A DNA stretch of 64,000 nucleotides from a virus (IMGVR_UViG_3300020577_013187:8233-72232); one strand, 5' to 3'. Counted from the first letter of the stretch, positions 29,963-40,420 are shown. A program made the numbers and translations. Notes: a model not told the origin generated them from the sequence alone.

Positions 29963-31225
29963 TTAATCTTTTTTAGAATCTTCTTTTTTCTTCTTTTTCT
30001 TAGACTCTAAAGATTCACTTTGCATTGAAGCTCCACCAGTTAATTGACTAGGAGCTTGATTATAATTTCCAGCCTCTAAGGCCTTTTTAACACTTAAACA
30101 TTCATCAATCTCATCATAGATGCTCATGACATTGTCATAAATTAGATGAATAGCTACAGTTTCAAAAAAGTTTTGAATCTTTTCTAAGTTAACTCTTATT
30201 TGCTCTTCGTTATTTGCTTCTAATGAAATCTTTAAAGCATGGCCTAGTTGAGCTAGATAGAGATAGTTTGAGTCATCATTATAGACTCTTATGATAAAAT
30301 CAACCACTCTATAACCAACTGACTTCATACTAGAATATGATTTTAAAATCTTTTCACAGTTATTTAGAGTTAAAAGACTTCTTTTCCCTAATGCCCTAGC
30401 TTCATTTGCATTTAAAGGAATGGACTCACCCCATGATTTAGCTATTTTAGCATAAGCTGTAGGGGTACCATCTGAATTAAATAACACAGGAATATGATCT
30501 CTATTAAAATATTTTACTAAAACTTTTGCTTTTCTTAAAATAGGCTTTAAGCTATTAATTTTATTTGCTTCTTCTTCTCTAGATTTTTTATAAGAGGAAG
30601 TAAGACTCAATGAAGCAGAAAAGTTTTTAGCTTGCTTAGACAGATCAAGAGCTTTTTGAACAGATTGATTGACAATATTCATCACCTGATCTTTTGTATA
30701 AGAATCTTGTTTCAATACTTCATTCTCAGCTGTTAAAGATTTTACTAGTTCAGCATAAGTATGGGGATTGACTGGATCTACTGTTACAGCTACTTTTTCA
30801 ACTCTAGCTCCAACAATTTCTCTTCCATTAACACCACATCTTTTTAAGACTTTTCCTTCAATGCTAAAACCCACTCTTCTTTTATCTTCGTTCTTTAATG
30901 AAGTTAAAATATTGTAAATTCCCTTAGCCTTATCAGTATTTTTAAACAGATATCCTTCGACAAAAAGACCATCTTCATTGATTGAAGCATTATCAATTTT
31001 ACCAATAATGTTTTCTGGTCCTGGTTTATGATCCCAATTAAAGAGACCTCGACCATCAGTCAAAGGCGTAATATCTAGACTATCCTGACGAATAATTTCT
31101 CCCTGTAGATCCATATGATCAGTAGACGCAATACCCTTAATACGCCACTCATCATTCTTTGCTTTTTCTAAATCTACAGGGACAAAGAAAGAAAAATTCT
31201 TTAAATTTTCTACTTGCTCAGTCAT
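29963..31225 (-). CDS. Prohead protease (HK97-family fold) with long C-terminal extension
   Basis: WRIKGIASTDHMDLQGEII...LFNWDH...GFSIEG...AVTVDPVNPHT. Confidence 0.88.
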   Translation of the reverse strand: MTEQVENLKNFSFFVPVDLEKAKNDEWRIKGIASTDHMDLQGEIIRQDSLDITPLTDGRGLFNWDHKPGPENIIGKIDNASINEDGLFVEGYLFKNTDKAKGIYNILTSLKNEDKRRVGFSIEGKVLKRCGVNGREIVGARVEKVAVTVDPVNPHTYAELVKSLTAENEVLKQDSYTKDQVMNIVNQSVQKALDLSKQAKNFSASLSLTSSYKKSREEEANKINSLKPILRKAKVLVKYFNRDHIPVLFNSDGTPTAYAKIAKSWGESIPLNANEARALGKRSLLTLNNCEKILKSYSSMKSVGYRVVDFIIRVYNDDSNYLYLAQLGHALKISLEANNEEQIRVNLEKIQNFFETVAIHLIYDNVMSIYDEIDECLSVKKALEAGNYNQAPSQLTGGASMQSESLESKKKKKKEDSKKD

Positions 31226-31304
31226 GTTAAAATCCTCTTGAATGTCATTTTAACACAAGAATACTATTTTTTTTATATTTTTTTGATTTGATAAAACTAG
31301 GTAA

Positions 31305-31334
31305 ATAAAAAGCTCCAACTTTTATTGGAGCTTT
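31305..31334 (-). terminator. Intrinsic terminator
   Basis: aaagctccaa/ttggagcttt stem plus A-run. Confidence 0.65.
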
Positions 31335-31394
31335 CTTGACTACTCTATAACCTAGTGGACAACCAAGGTAATAGCTAGACTTCGCATCTGACTC

Positions 31395-31868
31395 TTAAAA
31401 AAAGTTTTCTTTGATGCCTTTACTTATAAACTTTTTTCTTACTTTACGCAAGGAATTTCTAAAATAAAGATTTGTCAAACTTAAAGTAGACACTAATAGT
31501 TCAGATATTTCTTCTAAAGTATGAGATCCATTAAGGAACAACTTTGAATAAACAAAAAAACAATAATTACTATAACTATCTAAAACATGCCAATCACATT
31601 TAGGTGCATTAGGCTGTTCATAGATAGCATTTAAAGCTAACTCACAGGGTTTCTCTGGAAAATGAGACAATTGCCGAGGACACCTAGAATCTAATTTTAA
31701 ATGTTTAAAATAATTATTTTTTATTGATTCAATCTTTTTACTTAAATCACCTAATTCTTGGTAAAGATCATTAAGCTCTAAATCAAAATAAAATATATTA
31801 GTATCTAAATTTTCTATTGTAGAAACTTCTTTTAACATAGTAATATTAGGACTTATAAATTTTTTCAA
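31395..31868 (-). CDS. Sigma-70 region-4-like HTH protein with Cys-rich N-terminal part
   Basis: C-terminal HTLEEISELL...FRNSLRKVRK; CPRQ, KPCEL, KCDW and NYCF Cys motifs. Confidence 0.5.
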   Translation of the reverse strand: MKKFISPNITMLKEVSTIENLDTNIFYFDLELNDLYQELGDLSKKIESIKNNYFKHLKLDSRCPRQLSHFPEKPCELALNAIYEQPNAPKCDWHVLDSYSNYCFFVYSKLFLNGSHTLEEISELLVSTLSLTNLYFRNSLRKVRKKFISKGIKENFF

Positions 31869-32169
31869 CTAAAGTCCCAGCAGCTTCATTTAACTTTTTA
31901 TTAAGATCAGCTTTTAGGCCATCTTTTACTAAATCAAAAGATTGAAATGCCTGATCGATCTTATCACAAAATTGTTTATAGGCAATATTCAAAGAAGTTA
32001 GAATTTGATTTTTATAGTTTTCTTTATCGACTAGAGCAATAGGACTATTAGGATCTGGATTCTTTTGGGGTTCTAGTTGAGGACTAGGTATTGAGTTTTC
32101 AGGTACTTGTTGCTCTAACTCAGTTTTTTCTTGTAATGGTTCTTGAACTACTCGAAGTTTTTTTGCCAT
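31846..32169 (-). CDS. Hypothetical protein
   Basis: Co-oriented ORF with overlapping start/stop codons. Confidence 0.5.
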   Translation of the reverse strand: MAKKLRVVQEPLQEKTELEQQVPENSIPSPQLEPQKNPDPNSPIALVDKENYKNQILTSLNIAYKQFCDKIDQAFQSFDLVKDGLKADLNKKLNEAAGTLVEKIYKS

Positions 32170-32172
32170 ATC

Positions 32173-32877
32173 TTATCCTTTAAAAAATATACTATTCGTT
32201 GCATGAATTAAAAGATACTCTTGTTCGTAAGCATCTTCATTATATCGAATATTATTATAGTATCTTTTAAGGATGTCAACTATTTTTTTATAAAATAAAT
32301 GATTATCTTTGCTTTCTTTGTAGAATGCAGGATAAAATAAAATACCAATCTCTTTTATTTTTTTGTAACTTTCTTCTGTAAGACATTCAATAATTTCAAC
32401 TTCGCTTCCTCCAGCATCTATTAAAAGCTTATTAACTTTTAAAGATTGAATCATATCATTAATACAAACACAGTTAACAGGTCGATTGTGTCGACGCTTT
32501 TTTACATTGAATGAATGAAGACTTTTATCACTCTTAGTATTGATATAAAAATCTCGTGTCTTAGTATTATCATTAATAACGGCATAAATATAGATATCTA
32601 CATTATGGAGAAGATGAAACTCCTTATTCGCACTTAAAACTTCATAATTATCAAGATCTGCTTCAAAAGAATAAATATGTTCAACTTGAGAACTCGTAGT
32701 AACAACAAATCCTCCAATGAACCCACCTATCTCAAGCCACCTGTCATCTGAACTTAAATTAAGTTTTAGTTTTTTTAATCTACTGAGGATAATAGAAAGA
32801 GCTTTTTCATCATGCTCATCTCTAACAAGGAATTCTTGACGCTTTACTTCAGCGATATAAAGCTTTTTTTTTCTCAT
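32173..32877 (-). CDS. FkbM-family SAM methyltransferase-like protein
   Basis: WLEIGGFIGGF (motif I), IYSFEADLDNYEVL, KLLIDAGGSEVEII (degenerate KIDVEGAE). Confidence 0.7.
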   Translation of the reverse strand: MRKKKLYIAEVKRQEFLVRDEHDEKALSIILSRLKKLKLNLSSDDRWLEIGGFIGGFVVTTSSQVEHIYSFEADLDNYEVLSANKEFHLLHNVDIYIYAVINDNTKTRDFYINTKSDKSLHSFNVKKRRHNRPVNCVCINDMIQSLKVNKLLIDAGGSEVEIIECLTEESYKKIKEIGILFYPAFYKESKDNHLFYKKIVDILKRYYNNIRYNEDAYEQEYLLIHATNSIFFKG

Positions 32878-33334
32878 GGGTATTCAATTTTCTATTTATT
32901 GAATTTAGACTCTCTATGTAAAACTTATCTTCATCAAAAAAACGCTTTACGTAATGATAGCTATGGATAGACTCAAACCACCCTATATTACGCATACTGT
33001 CTTTAATTTTTAAAAGATATTTTGAAGCACGCCGACCTAAAGAGACTATAATTCGAGGATTAATGTTTTCTATTTCTGTTTTAAGGGCTTCTAGATGTTC
33101 ATCTTCTGTAATCATCCATGACTTATAAGCACAAGTAAGGTAAAAATTATCCAACTCTATTTCAGTTCTCTTTAGGTAATAATTGATAAAGAAATCAATC
33201 ATTTCTCTTGTTTGTTGATTTTCTTTAGCATTTACGTATTGAGGCCAAATATCATCAACTAAAAATATTTGCCCTTCAGTATTTCCATAACCTAAGGATT
33301 CAATAGAATTAAGAATTATCTCTACTTTATTCAT
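32849..33334 (-). CDS. Uracil-DNA glycosylase superfamily (family 4-like) protein
   Basis: FYLTCAYKS...LKTEIENINPRIIVSLGRRASKYLL; the catalytic N-terminal motifs appear degenerate. Confidence 0.6.
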   Translation of the reverse strand: MNKVEIILNSIESLGYGNTEGQIFLVDDIWPQYVNAKENQQTREMIDFFINYYLKRTEIELDNFYLTCAYKSWMITEDEHLEALKTEIENINPRIIVSLGRRASKYLLKIKDSMRNIGWFESIHSYHYVKRFFDEDKFYIESLNSINRKLNTHEKKKALYR

Positions 33335-33914
33335 TGCTTTGCATTTCGTTATAGACCCATTGAAAATAAAATTTATCTCTGTCTGACTGCTTCAAAACTA
33401 ATTCTATGGTGTTTTTTACTATTTCTAGACCATCTACTACCCATGTAATAGAAGAAGATTGATTGGCAAAAATTGACAAACTAGAAATAGTTTTATTAAT
33501 ATTAATTAAAGATTCTTCCCAATTTGGTTGAAAATAAAAGTTACCAATAATCTTTTCTAAAGAGTATCCAAATATCTCTTCTAAAGTTTTTTGTCTAAAT
33601 TCTGATAGGATAATATTTATCCCATTTTCTGCATTAGTGCTATAAAAGCTTCCAATATTAAAAGGATGTTCTGTAAATAAACTATCTCTTTTAACAACAA
33701 AAATCTTTCTATCTGAAATTCCCGCTACATTTAAATTCAATCTTAAAGCACAATCAAAAATTTGTTCTTCAATTTCAATAGCCTGTTGTTCTGGACTAAT
33801 AAGTTCATTTGCCTTAACTTGTTGATACAAACTAGTAACAAAAGCTTTATATTGATCTTCTAGCTCTAATTCTTTTTTTAGATTTTCACATTTTAGAAGG
33901 GTAATATTTAACAT
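33327..33914 (-). CDS. Hypothetical protein
   Basis: First ORF of the minus-strand unit after the AT-rich gap. Confidence 0.5.
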   Translation of the reverse strand: MLNITLLKCENLKKELELEDQYKAFVTSLYQQVKANELISPEQQAIEIEEQIFDCALRLNLNVAGISDRKIFVVKRDSLFTEHPFNIGSFYSTNAENGINIILSEFRQKTLEEIFGYSLEKIIGNFYFQPNWEESLININKTISSLSIFANQSSSITWVVDGLEIVKNTIELVLKQSDRDKFYFQWVYNEMQSNE

Positions 33915-34305
33915 CCTTTTTTCTCCTTTTCTATATTTTAAAACGTTTTATAAAAAAACAATAACTATTTTAAAATATAAAGTAAAGGAAAAAAATACTC
34001 CACTATTATAGTTGTCAATAAAAAATTAAACAAAATGTTAAAAAAATAAGTATTATTAATCAGATACAATAATATGATTTTTTAAAATTTTTAAAATAAC
34101 TTATTTAATTTTAAAAGTCAAACGAAAACACGGTGAAAAACACTCAGTATATCCTAAGCAAATTGCTTTAACTATTTAGCACTCAGATATTTTCAATTTA
34201 CCTATCATAAATAGTATTTATATTTTTCTAATATATCTAATCTTCCATTAATAGAGTAGTATTTTTTTATTGATTTATTTTTAAGTATGGTGTATATATA
34301 AAAGT

Positions 34306-34524
34306 ATGACTATTTACGAAATTAAATTAAATAAGAGAAAGAATAAGCCACATACTAGACCAAATAGAAAGCCTGTTCTACCAGGTGGTCATCATCGAGT
34401 CGATATTTATTTAGATGAAAATTGTGTAAAGATAGCTAAAGAATTAGGGGAAGGTAATATGAGCGCTGGGGTAAGGCGTGCTATTTATTTAGCACAAATA
34501 GAGCTAAAAACTACTGTTGCATAA
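34306..34524 (+). CDS. Small ribbon-helix-helix/CopG-like DNA-binding protein
   Basis: RVDIYLDENCVKIAKELGEGNMSAGVRRAI; preceded by a plus-strand TTGATT...GGTGTATATA promoter-like sequence (about 34271-34300). Confidence 0.6.
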   Translation: MTIYEIKLNKRKNKPHTRPNRKPVLPGGHHRVDIYLDENCVKIAKELGEGNMSAGVRRAIYLAQIELKTTVA

Positions 34525-34900
34525 AGGTAAGATAAGCAGCTTCACAGCGTTGCCTTGCTGTAGCGTGAGAGGCTAAAGAAGCTAAAGTATTGTTTCCTAG
34601 TTCTATTTCACAAGCCTCTTTTATAAGCTTTATAAGATTATCATAAAATAGAAAGTTTGCTCTTTTTTGAAAAATCCTCTTCTCCATCAAATACGCATGA
34701 TTAAGATCTTCGGCAGGATTAAAAAAGTTACCAGAACTTTCTGGATCGTAACCAAAGTTAACACGTTCTAAAGAATATGGATCCATACCAGGACATGAAA
34801 TAACCCAATTATTAAATTGTATGTCTTTTTGCCACCTCATCACATTGATGGCAATCCACTCATTCAGTTCTTGATCTGTCATTTCTAAAACTGGTTTCAT
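34511..34900 (-). CDS. Phage ABA-sandwich domain protein
   Basis: ELNEWIAINVMRW...FNPAEDLNHAY...ATARQRCEAAY. Confidence 0.6.
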   Translation of the reverse strand: MKPVLEMTDQELNEWIAINVMRWQKDIQFNNWVISCPGMDPYSLERVNFGYDPESSGNFFNPAEDLNHAYLMEKRIFQKRANFLFYDNLIKLIKEACEIELGNNTLASLASHATARQRCEAAYLTFMQQ

Positions 34901-35169
34901 TCTTTCAATCTCCTTTTCTTCTGCTCTTCAATTAGCTTTTGTTGCTCACGGTAGGCTTGGATGAGGAGAGGGAGAGCATTGCGGGATTGATTAATAAAAG
35001 CAGCATCTACTTGGGTCAAATACTCCCCATTGCCTAAATAGATTTCTGGATCAAAGACCTCACTTCCATCAGCATAGGATTTGTCTTCTATAAGCTCAAT
35101 ATCCCACGGTCCAGGTGTTGCCTTCTTCTCTGTGTCTTCCCACTCTTTAAGCTGTTCTTCAGTGATCAT
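34897..35169 (-). CDS. Ead/Ea22-like protein (start revised to MITEEQ, GGAG RBS)
   Basis: KATPGPW...DAAFINQSRNALPLLI. Confidence 0.6.
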   Translation of the reverse strand: MITEEQLKEWEDTEKKATPGPWDIELIEDKSYADGSEVFDPEIYLGNGEYLTQVDAAFINQSRNALPLLIQAYREQQKLIEEQKKRRLKE

Positions 35170-35310
35170 TTTTATTCTCCAAATCTCGTTTTCCGCTTCC
35201 GCCACATTCTTTGCAAGCGGTGTATTCAATAAAGAAAAGCGGTAAACCATCTCTGAATCATTTTAGTCATAAAAATATCTTATTTGAGGATTTTAAGCCC
35301 TAAACATGGA

Positions 35311-36474
35311 CTAACCTTTTACGCATAGAATTTGCTTTAATTCAACAACTATTTCAACTAAATCATTCTGATTCTTCATTACTTGATCAATGTCTTTATA
35401 AGCTCCTGGAATTTCATCTAAAACATCCAAATCCTTTCTACACTCAACACCTAGAGTTTGATTTTCTAAGTCAAGTAATGAAAAATGTTTTTTAGCTTTG
35501 CTCCTACTCATTCTTCGACCTGCCCCATGAGAAGCACTATTAAAAGATTCAGGATTTTCCAAACCTTTTACAATATAGGATTTCGTTCCCATTGACCCAG
35601 GAATAATTCCAAACTCACCTTTTTTAGCACTAATAGCTCCTTTACGAGTAACTATTACATCTTCACCAAAATGAGTTTCCTCAGAAACATAATTATGATG
35701 GCAAGTAATCATAAAAGAAGTGGTAAGCTGAGGAAAGAATTGCTTTAAAGTTTTTATATAGAGCTCAAGCATAACTTCTCTATTTAAAAAAGCATACCTT
35801 TGAGCCCAAAAAAGATCTTTTTTATATTCAAACATTTCATAAGTTTTGGCTAAAAAAACAGCTAAATCAGGGTCAGGAAGATCTTTATTATAAATTAAAT
35901 TTTTAGCTCTATTAATATGAAATTCGGCCAATGTTTTACCTATATGTCTTGATCCTGAATGTAACATTAGCCATATGATATTATTAGCATCTAGACAAAG
36001 TTCAATAAAATGATTCCCATTACCTAATGTGCCAACTTGTTTTAAAGCTTTTTCTAATAATAGCTGTACAGGAGCATTGAGCTCTTTAAATTCACTAAAT
36101 AGATCAGCTACGCCTTTAGACTGAACCATTTTCTCATGTTGATTAAAGCCAACTGGAATATTCTTTTCAATTTCACTTCTTATTGTTTTGAGATTATCAG
36201 GTAGATCTTTAGCATTTAAATTCGTTTTAATAGCTGTCATTCCACAGCCTATATCTACCCCCACAGCTGCAGGAGAAACAGCTTGTTTCATAGCTATAAC
36301 TGATCCTACAGTAGCCCCTTTGCCATAATGAACATCAGGCATAACAGCTACATGATGAAAAACCCAAGGCAATGATGATATATTCTTAAGTTGATTAAGG
36401 GCTTCAGACTCTACTTCATTAATATCTGTCCAAAGTTTAATGGGAATTCCATCATATTCTATTTTAGAGATCAT
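35311..36474 (-). CDS. rtcB: RtcB RNA ligase (3'-phosphate/2',3'-cyclic phosphate to 5'-OH)
   Basis: VMPDVHYGKGATVG, GVDIGCGM, GTLGNGNHFIE, HSGSR, CHHNY, IIPGSMG, HGAGR, DEIPGAYK. Confidence 0.96.
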   Translation of the reverse strand: MISKIEYDGIPIKLWTDINEVESEALNQLKNISSLPWVFHHVAVMPDVHYGKGATVGSVIAMKQAVSPAAVGVDIGCGMTAIKTNLNAKDLPDNLKTIRSEIEKNIPVGFNQHEKMVQSKGVADLFSEFKELNAPVQLLLEKALKQVGTLGNGNHFIELCLDANNIIWLMLHSGSRHIGKTLAEFHINRAKNLIYNKDLPDPDLAVFLAKTYEMFEYKKDLFWAQRYAFLNREVMLELYIKTLKQFFPQLTTSFMITCHHNYVSEETHFGEDVIVTRKGAISAKKGEFGIIPGSMGTKSYIVKGLENPESFNSASHGAGRRMSRSKAKKHFSLLDLENQTLGVECRKDLDVLDEIPGAYKDIDQVMKNQNDLVEIVVELKQILCVKG

Positions 36475-36838
36475 AAATGCCTTTATTCTATTTTACTTTT
36501 TATCCATAACAACTTCTACACCAACCAAACTAGTAGCATCATAGGTGTTTTCTCCATAGCCACCCATTGTTAAAACTCTTTCTAAAGCTTCAAGGTCATT
36601 GTCAATTGTAAAAAAGTCAGCTTCAACATAGCCAGAATCATACTTTCTTGATCTTTTTAAGATAAATCGTATCATTCCTCCTCCTTATTAATTTCTAAAT
36701 CTTGATGCCCACTACCACCGCATTCATCACAAGCGGTGAAGAAACTATCTGAAGAATCAAAATTAAATCTATAAGAAAATTTATATAGATCTTTGCCACT
36801 ACCGCAGCAATTTTCACATAGTAGATCTTTTTTAGTTT

Positions 36839-37261
36839 TCACTCCTTCACCTCCACCAAATACTGAATCGGATCGCCGTTCCTGTCGAGGGCTGGCCATT
36901 GAATTTGACCACGATCTCGGATATAATATGTTTCAGCATCCTCTTTCGATTCAAAAAGGCCGTCTGGAACGTAAACAATTTCACTATGAATTTTTATAGC
37001 AGGACTCATCACCTTGTACTTCTTGCCATCTTTAAGGATGATGTTTGGGGGAAGAGGATCTTCGTAAAGAGACCAAAACTCACCTGACCCATCTACATTA
37101 AAAACATAGGTCTCATCTCCATTTTCTTTATGCGTACCAAACATAAAGGCATAGCCAACATATCTTACCAAAAACCACTCATCTTTATCCCAGTTGCTTA
37201 AGCGTATCTTAGAACCAGCTAAGCTCTGATCCCAAGGCTTAATTTTTATTTTATTACTCAT
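36839..37261 (-). CDS. Hypothetical protein, paralog of the upstream gene (start revised)
   Basis: MSNKIKIKPWDQSLAGSKIRLSNW; GGGAG RBS. Confidence 0.55.
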   Translation of the reverse strand: MSNKIKIKPWDQSLAGSKIRLSNWDKDEWFLVRYVGYAFMFGTHKENGDETYVFNVDGSGEFWSLYEDPLPPNIILKDGKKYKVMSPAIKIHSEIVYVPDGLFESKEDAETYYIRDRGQIQWPALDRNGDPIQYLVEVKE

Positions 37262-37484
37262 AAATCTCCCAATATCCACTCCATTCACGTGGATTAATAT
37301 AAGTACTATCCTCAATTAATTTAATTTCACCTGTCACATCTCTTGTCCTAACTTCTTGTAAAAAAAGCTTTGTTTCTCCAACAAAAGCAACTTTAGCAAA
37401 ATAACCATCGGGCCAACGACTAAGACGTACCTTTTTACCAACAAGTGATTGATCATTCGGTTTAATTATAATTTTTTTAGACAT
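37254..37484 (-). CDS. Hypothetical protein, paralog of the downstream gene
   Basis: MSKKIIIKPNDQSLVGKKVRLSRW. Confidence 0.55.
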   Translation of the reverse strand: MSKKIIIKPNDQSLVGKKVRLSRWPDGYFAKVAFVGETKLFLQEVRTRDVTGEIKLIEDSTYINPREWSGYWEIYE

Positions 37485-37878
37485 TTGTATCCTCAACTTG
37501 CCATAGTTAAAATAATTTTAATCTATGCTCATTTATTCGCTATATTTTTTTCTATATTCTAAAGCTTTAGTATTAGACCACTCATGGTCACTAATAAATT
37601 TGCTCGACATTATGACATCATCAGCATCTTCAAGTCTACTCAAAAGATATTTTATTGAACTTAAAAAATCAAAAGTAAAAAGAGTGTACGAATAAGATGG
37701 TCCTTTAAATGATTTAAAAGAAAGATCATCAAACTCACCAATAAATTTTATTTCTAATTCAGAGTTTTCATTTTTTTCATGATTGAGTTGGACATTGATA
37801 AGACCACTATGACCTGAAGATTCAATTTCTTTTATGGATTTTTTTATTTGATTTAATTGTATTTTCATATTTTCTGTT

Positions 37879-37906
37879 TTTATACACTACTTTATTTTAT
37901 AGTCAA
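37879..37906 (-). promoter_or_regulatory. Repeated early promoter TTGACT-N16-TATAAA
   Basis: tttatacactactttattttatagtcaa on the plus strand. Confidence 0.65.
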
Positions 37907-38649
37907 GTTTTATTGAACCACTTATTTAAAATCTCTACTGAAAGATTGTTAATTTTGTCATAATCTACTTGTAGAGGTAAAGATGATTTATTATAGGCAA
38001 TCTCAGCTATAGTAAATAATGCAAGAGCTTCTTTTTTTACTTGATTAAGGGTTAAACTACCCTTTTTTATAGCTAAAAGATCTAAGACATCTTTGGTTCG
38101 AAAAACCTCTAATTGCCCTTCTCTTAAAAATTCAATAGCCATTCTCATTAATCTAATAAGATGAGCTGCATTTTTAGTATCATAGCCAAATTTTTCAACT
38201 AACTTTTTTCTCTTGTCTCCCATATAGCCTTTAAAAGCTAAATGGTTCATCTTATAAAATTGACTTTTGGCATACCCAATAAAACTATGATAGACATGTT
38301 TTCCAACAAATAAGCTTCTATTTTCTAAAAGGATTTTTGCCTCATCAGATAGATAAAGATAATGCTCGGGCCTAAGCCAGAGCATTGATAAAACATTGGG
38401 ATTACCTTTTGCTAAAAGACTTATGAATTTTTTAAACTCATAAACTACTATATCCAACTCCCCTTTTTTAATTTCTTGGGTTCCTCTAGAGCCAAATTCT
38501 TTTAAACCATAATAGTACTCTTGACCTGGAATAACAATATTCATCAAGTCTTTATCATCAATAGAATTTGGATCTGAATTGGGAACATACATATTGTGGG
38601 CAATAGAACCACGATATCCAATTAAAAAACTAGTTAAATTAATATTCAT
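37903..38649 (-). CDS. RlaP-type (DNA pol beta superfamily) nucleotidyltransferase linked to RNA repair
   Basis: GYRGSIAHNMY...DDKD, KGNPNVLSMLW, YDTKNAAHLIRLM. Confidence 0.85.
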   Translation of the reverse strand: MNINLTSFLIGYRGSIAHNMYVPNSDPNSIDDKDLMNIVIPGQEYYYGLKEFGSRGTQEIKKGELDIVVYEFKKFISLLAKGNPNVLSMLWLRPEHYLYLSDEAKILLENRSLFVGKHVYHSFIGYAKSQFYKMNHLAFKGYMGDKRKKLVEKFGYDTKNAAHLIRLMRMAIEFLREGQLEVFRTKDVLDLLAIKKGSLTLNQVKKEALALFTIAEIAYNKSSLPLQVDYDKINNLSVEILNKWFNKT

Positions 38650-39679
38650 ATTTTTACTATTTACTCTAAATCATATTTAAGGCCGAGTGCATTCTCTATT
38701 TCATCAATCATAAATTCAGTACTATCGTTTATTTTCCAAAAATCTTTCATTTGGTCAGGAGTATATCCTTTAATATTATCATTTAAAGGGCCACCTACAC
38801 AAACAATACTAAGATTAATAGATTGGCACTCAATTAAAATTTTTTCTAAACACTTTTTTAAAAGATAATTCTCAGTGAATAAGTCTGCTAAATCTTCTTT
38901 TGATAATAATCTATCTTCCATGTGCTACCCCACATTTTTTAATTCTTGATCTAAATTAAAACCATCTGTCATCTTATCCTTTAATTTTTTAGCTTGATAT
39001 TCTAAAAGAGCTTCTTGGCATTTGATAAAATCTTGTTCTGATTCAACTACATACTGCTTTTTTCTATCAATACCAACAAGTGAAAATTCAATACCATTAT
39101 ATTGATGATCAAGAGAAGACATTAACTCATAACGTTCTACTGATAAATTTATTGTAAGTTCTCCCTTAGCTAAGATAAAAAATATATTGTCTCTATAAAA
39201 ATTATTTTCATAACTTATTTCCCATCCACGTTTTCTTAATTCATAGAGATTAGAATGAAAACCATTAAAATGAATAGAAGCATTAGGAGATCTAATTAAA
39301 TGGTCTAAATTATAATTTTGAAATGATCGATAATGCTGAAAGTAATCAGGCAAGCTCATTTTCTATCTCTTTTTTAAGAAGCTCATATTCATTTTTTAAA
39401 TTAGCTAAAACTTTTTCAGCATTCTTAATCTGAATAATTTTTTCCTTAATCTTTGCTTTAGCCTTATCTGCGTTCTCTTTTCTAATTTCATTTTCTGCTT
39501 CTAAAAAAATAGTATTACCGATCTTAGCTACTGTCATATTTTATCCTTTTTTGTTATTGTAATTTTCCAAGGGAGAAGCCGTCTCCAAAAAGATAGCTTT
39601 TTTTGTGAACGAATCTTTTCCTTGATTTTATTAATTTGCTCTCTTTTGTTTTCTTGTTCAATTTCTATTTGAGCTTGCT

Positions 39680-40420
39680 CTATGATTCTGTGTAAAGTGC
39701 ACATTTATTATTTATCCTATTGGTCAATAAACCAAATTGTTTTATACCCCATGCTATTGCATAACAACACCAAGTATAAGGGTAGGTATATTCATAAGTA
39801 GAACTTTCTTCAAAATAAGATCTTAAACTAAATCCACTACTATGCTCAAAATCAATAGCTGCCCGCCTTAAATCTTCATCAGGATGATCGCCATCTTCAT
39901 ATATGGCTATATCAATAAGATCTTTTAGCTTGTTGAAACAATCTTGAGACTCCTCTTTACTTTTAAACTCATACTCTCCAAATATCTCAATAATCGTTTT
40001 TACAAAAAGATCAACTGAAAATTCATGCTCATTATAACCTTTGGCTACTAATTTTTGAGCCCAATAGCTTAGATTAACTCCTAAAGTATCTGAAGGTTTT
40101 TCTTGTGAATCTGTCTTAAAAAAGTCAAACATATCATGAAGACGCTTGAAAACATATGTATCCATATCTCCAGTAATACACAGGTGACCAGGCCAAGTAA
40201 TAAGATCAAAATAATAATTTAAGGTACCTTCTTTTTTAAATCGAATATGACGATTAACATCATCAACTCGAATTATTTCCATTTTATGATCTTTAACGTC
40301 ATTGAGAAAAGCAGATTCTACACATTTTTTTGACTTTAATGATTTAAAAAGTTCATCTGTAGCTATGATCTCTTCTTCTACTTCCCCTTTTTCATTCCAA
40401 TATTTAGTTTTATAATTCAT
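39680..40420 (-). CDS. Conserved phage hypothetical protein
   Basis: DHKMEII...RHIRF...FDLITWPGHLCITGDM...DMFDFF, a widespread phage family. Confidence 0.6.
   Translation of the reverse strand: MNYKTKYWNEKGEVEEEIIATDELFKSLKSKKCVESAFLNDVKDHKMEIIRVDDVNRHIRFKKEGTLNYYFDLITWPGHLCITGDMDTYVFKRLHDMFDFFKTDSQEKPSDTLGVNLSYWAQKLVAKGYNEHEFSVDLFVKTIIEIFGEYEFKSKEESQDCFNKLKDLIDIAIYEDGDHPDEDLRRAAIDFEHSSGFSLRSYFEESSTYEYTYPYTWCCYAIAWGIKQFGLLTNRINNKCALYTES

Noticed and set aside
31335-31395. Moderately GC-rich stretch after the sigma-like gene as an ncRNA
   Set aside because: No convincing stems apart from the adjacent terminator; it is probably a 3' UTR.
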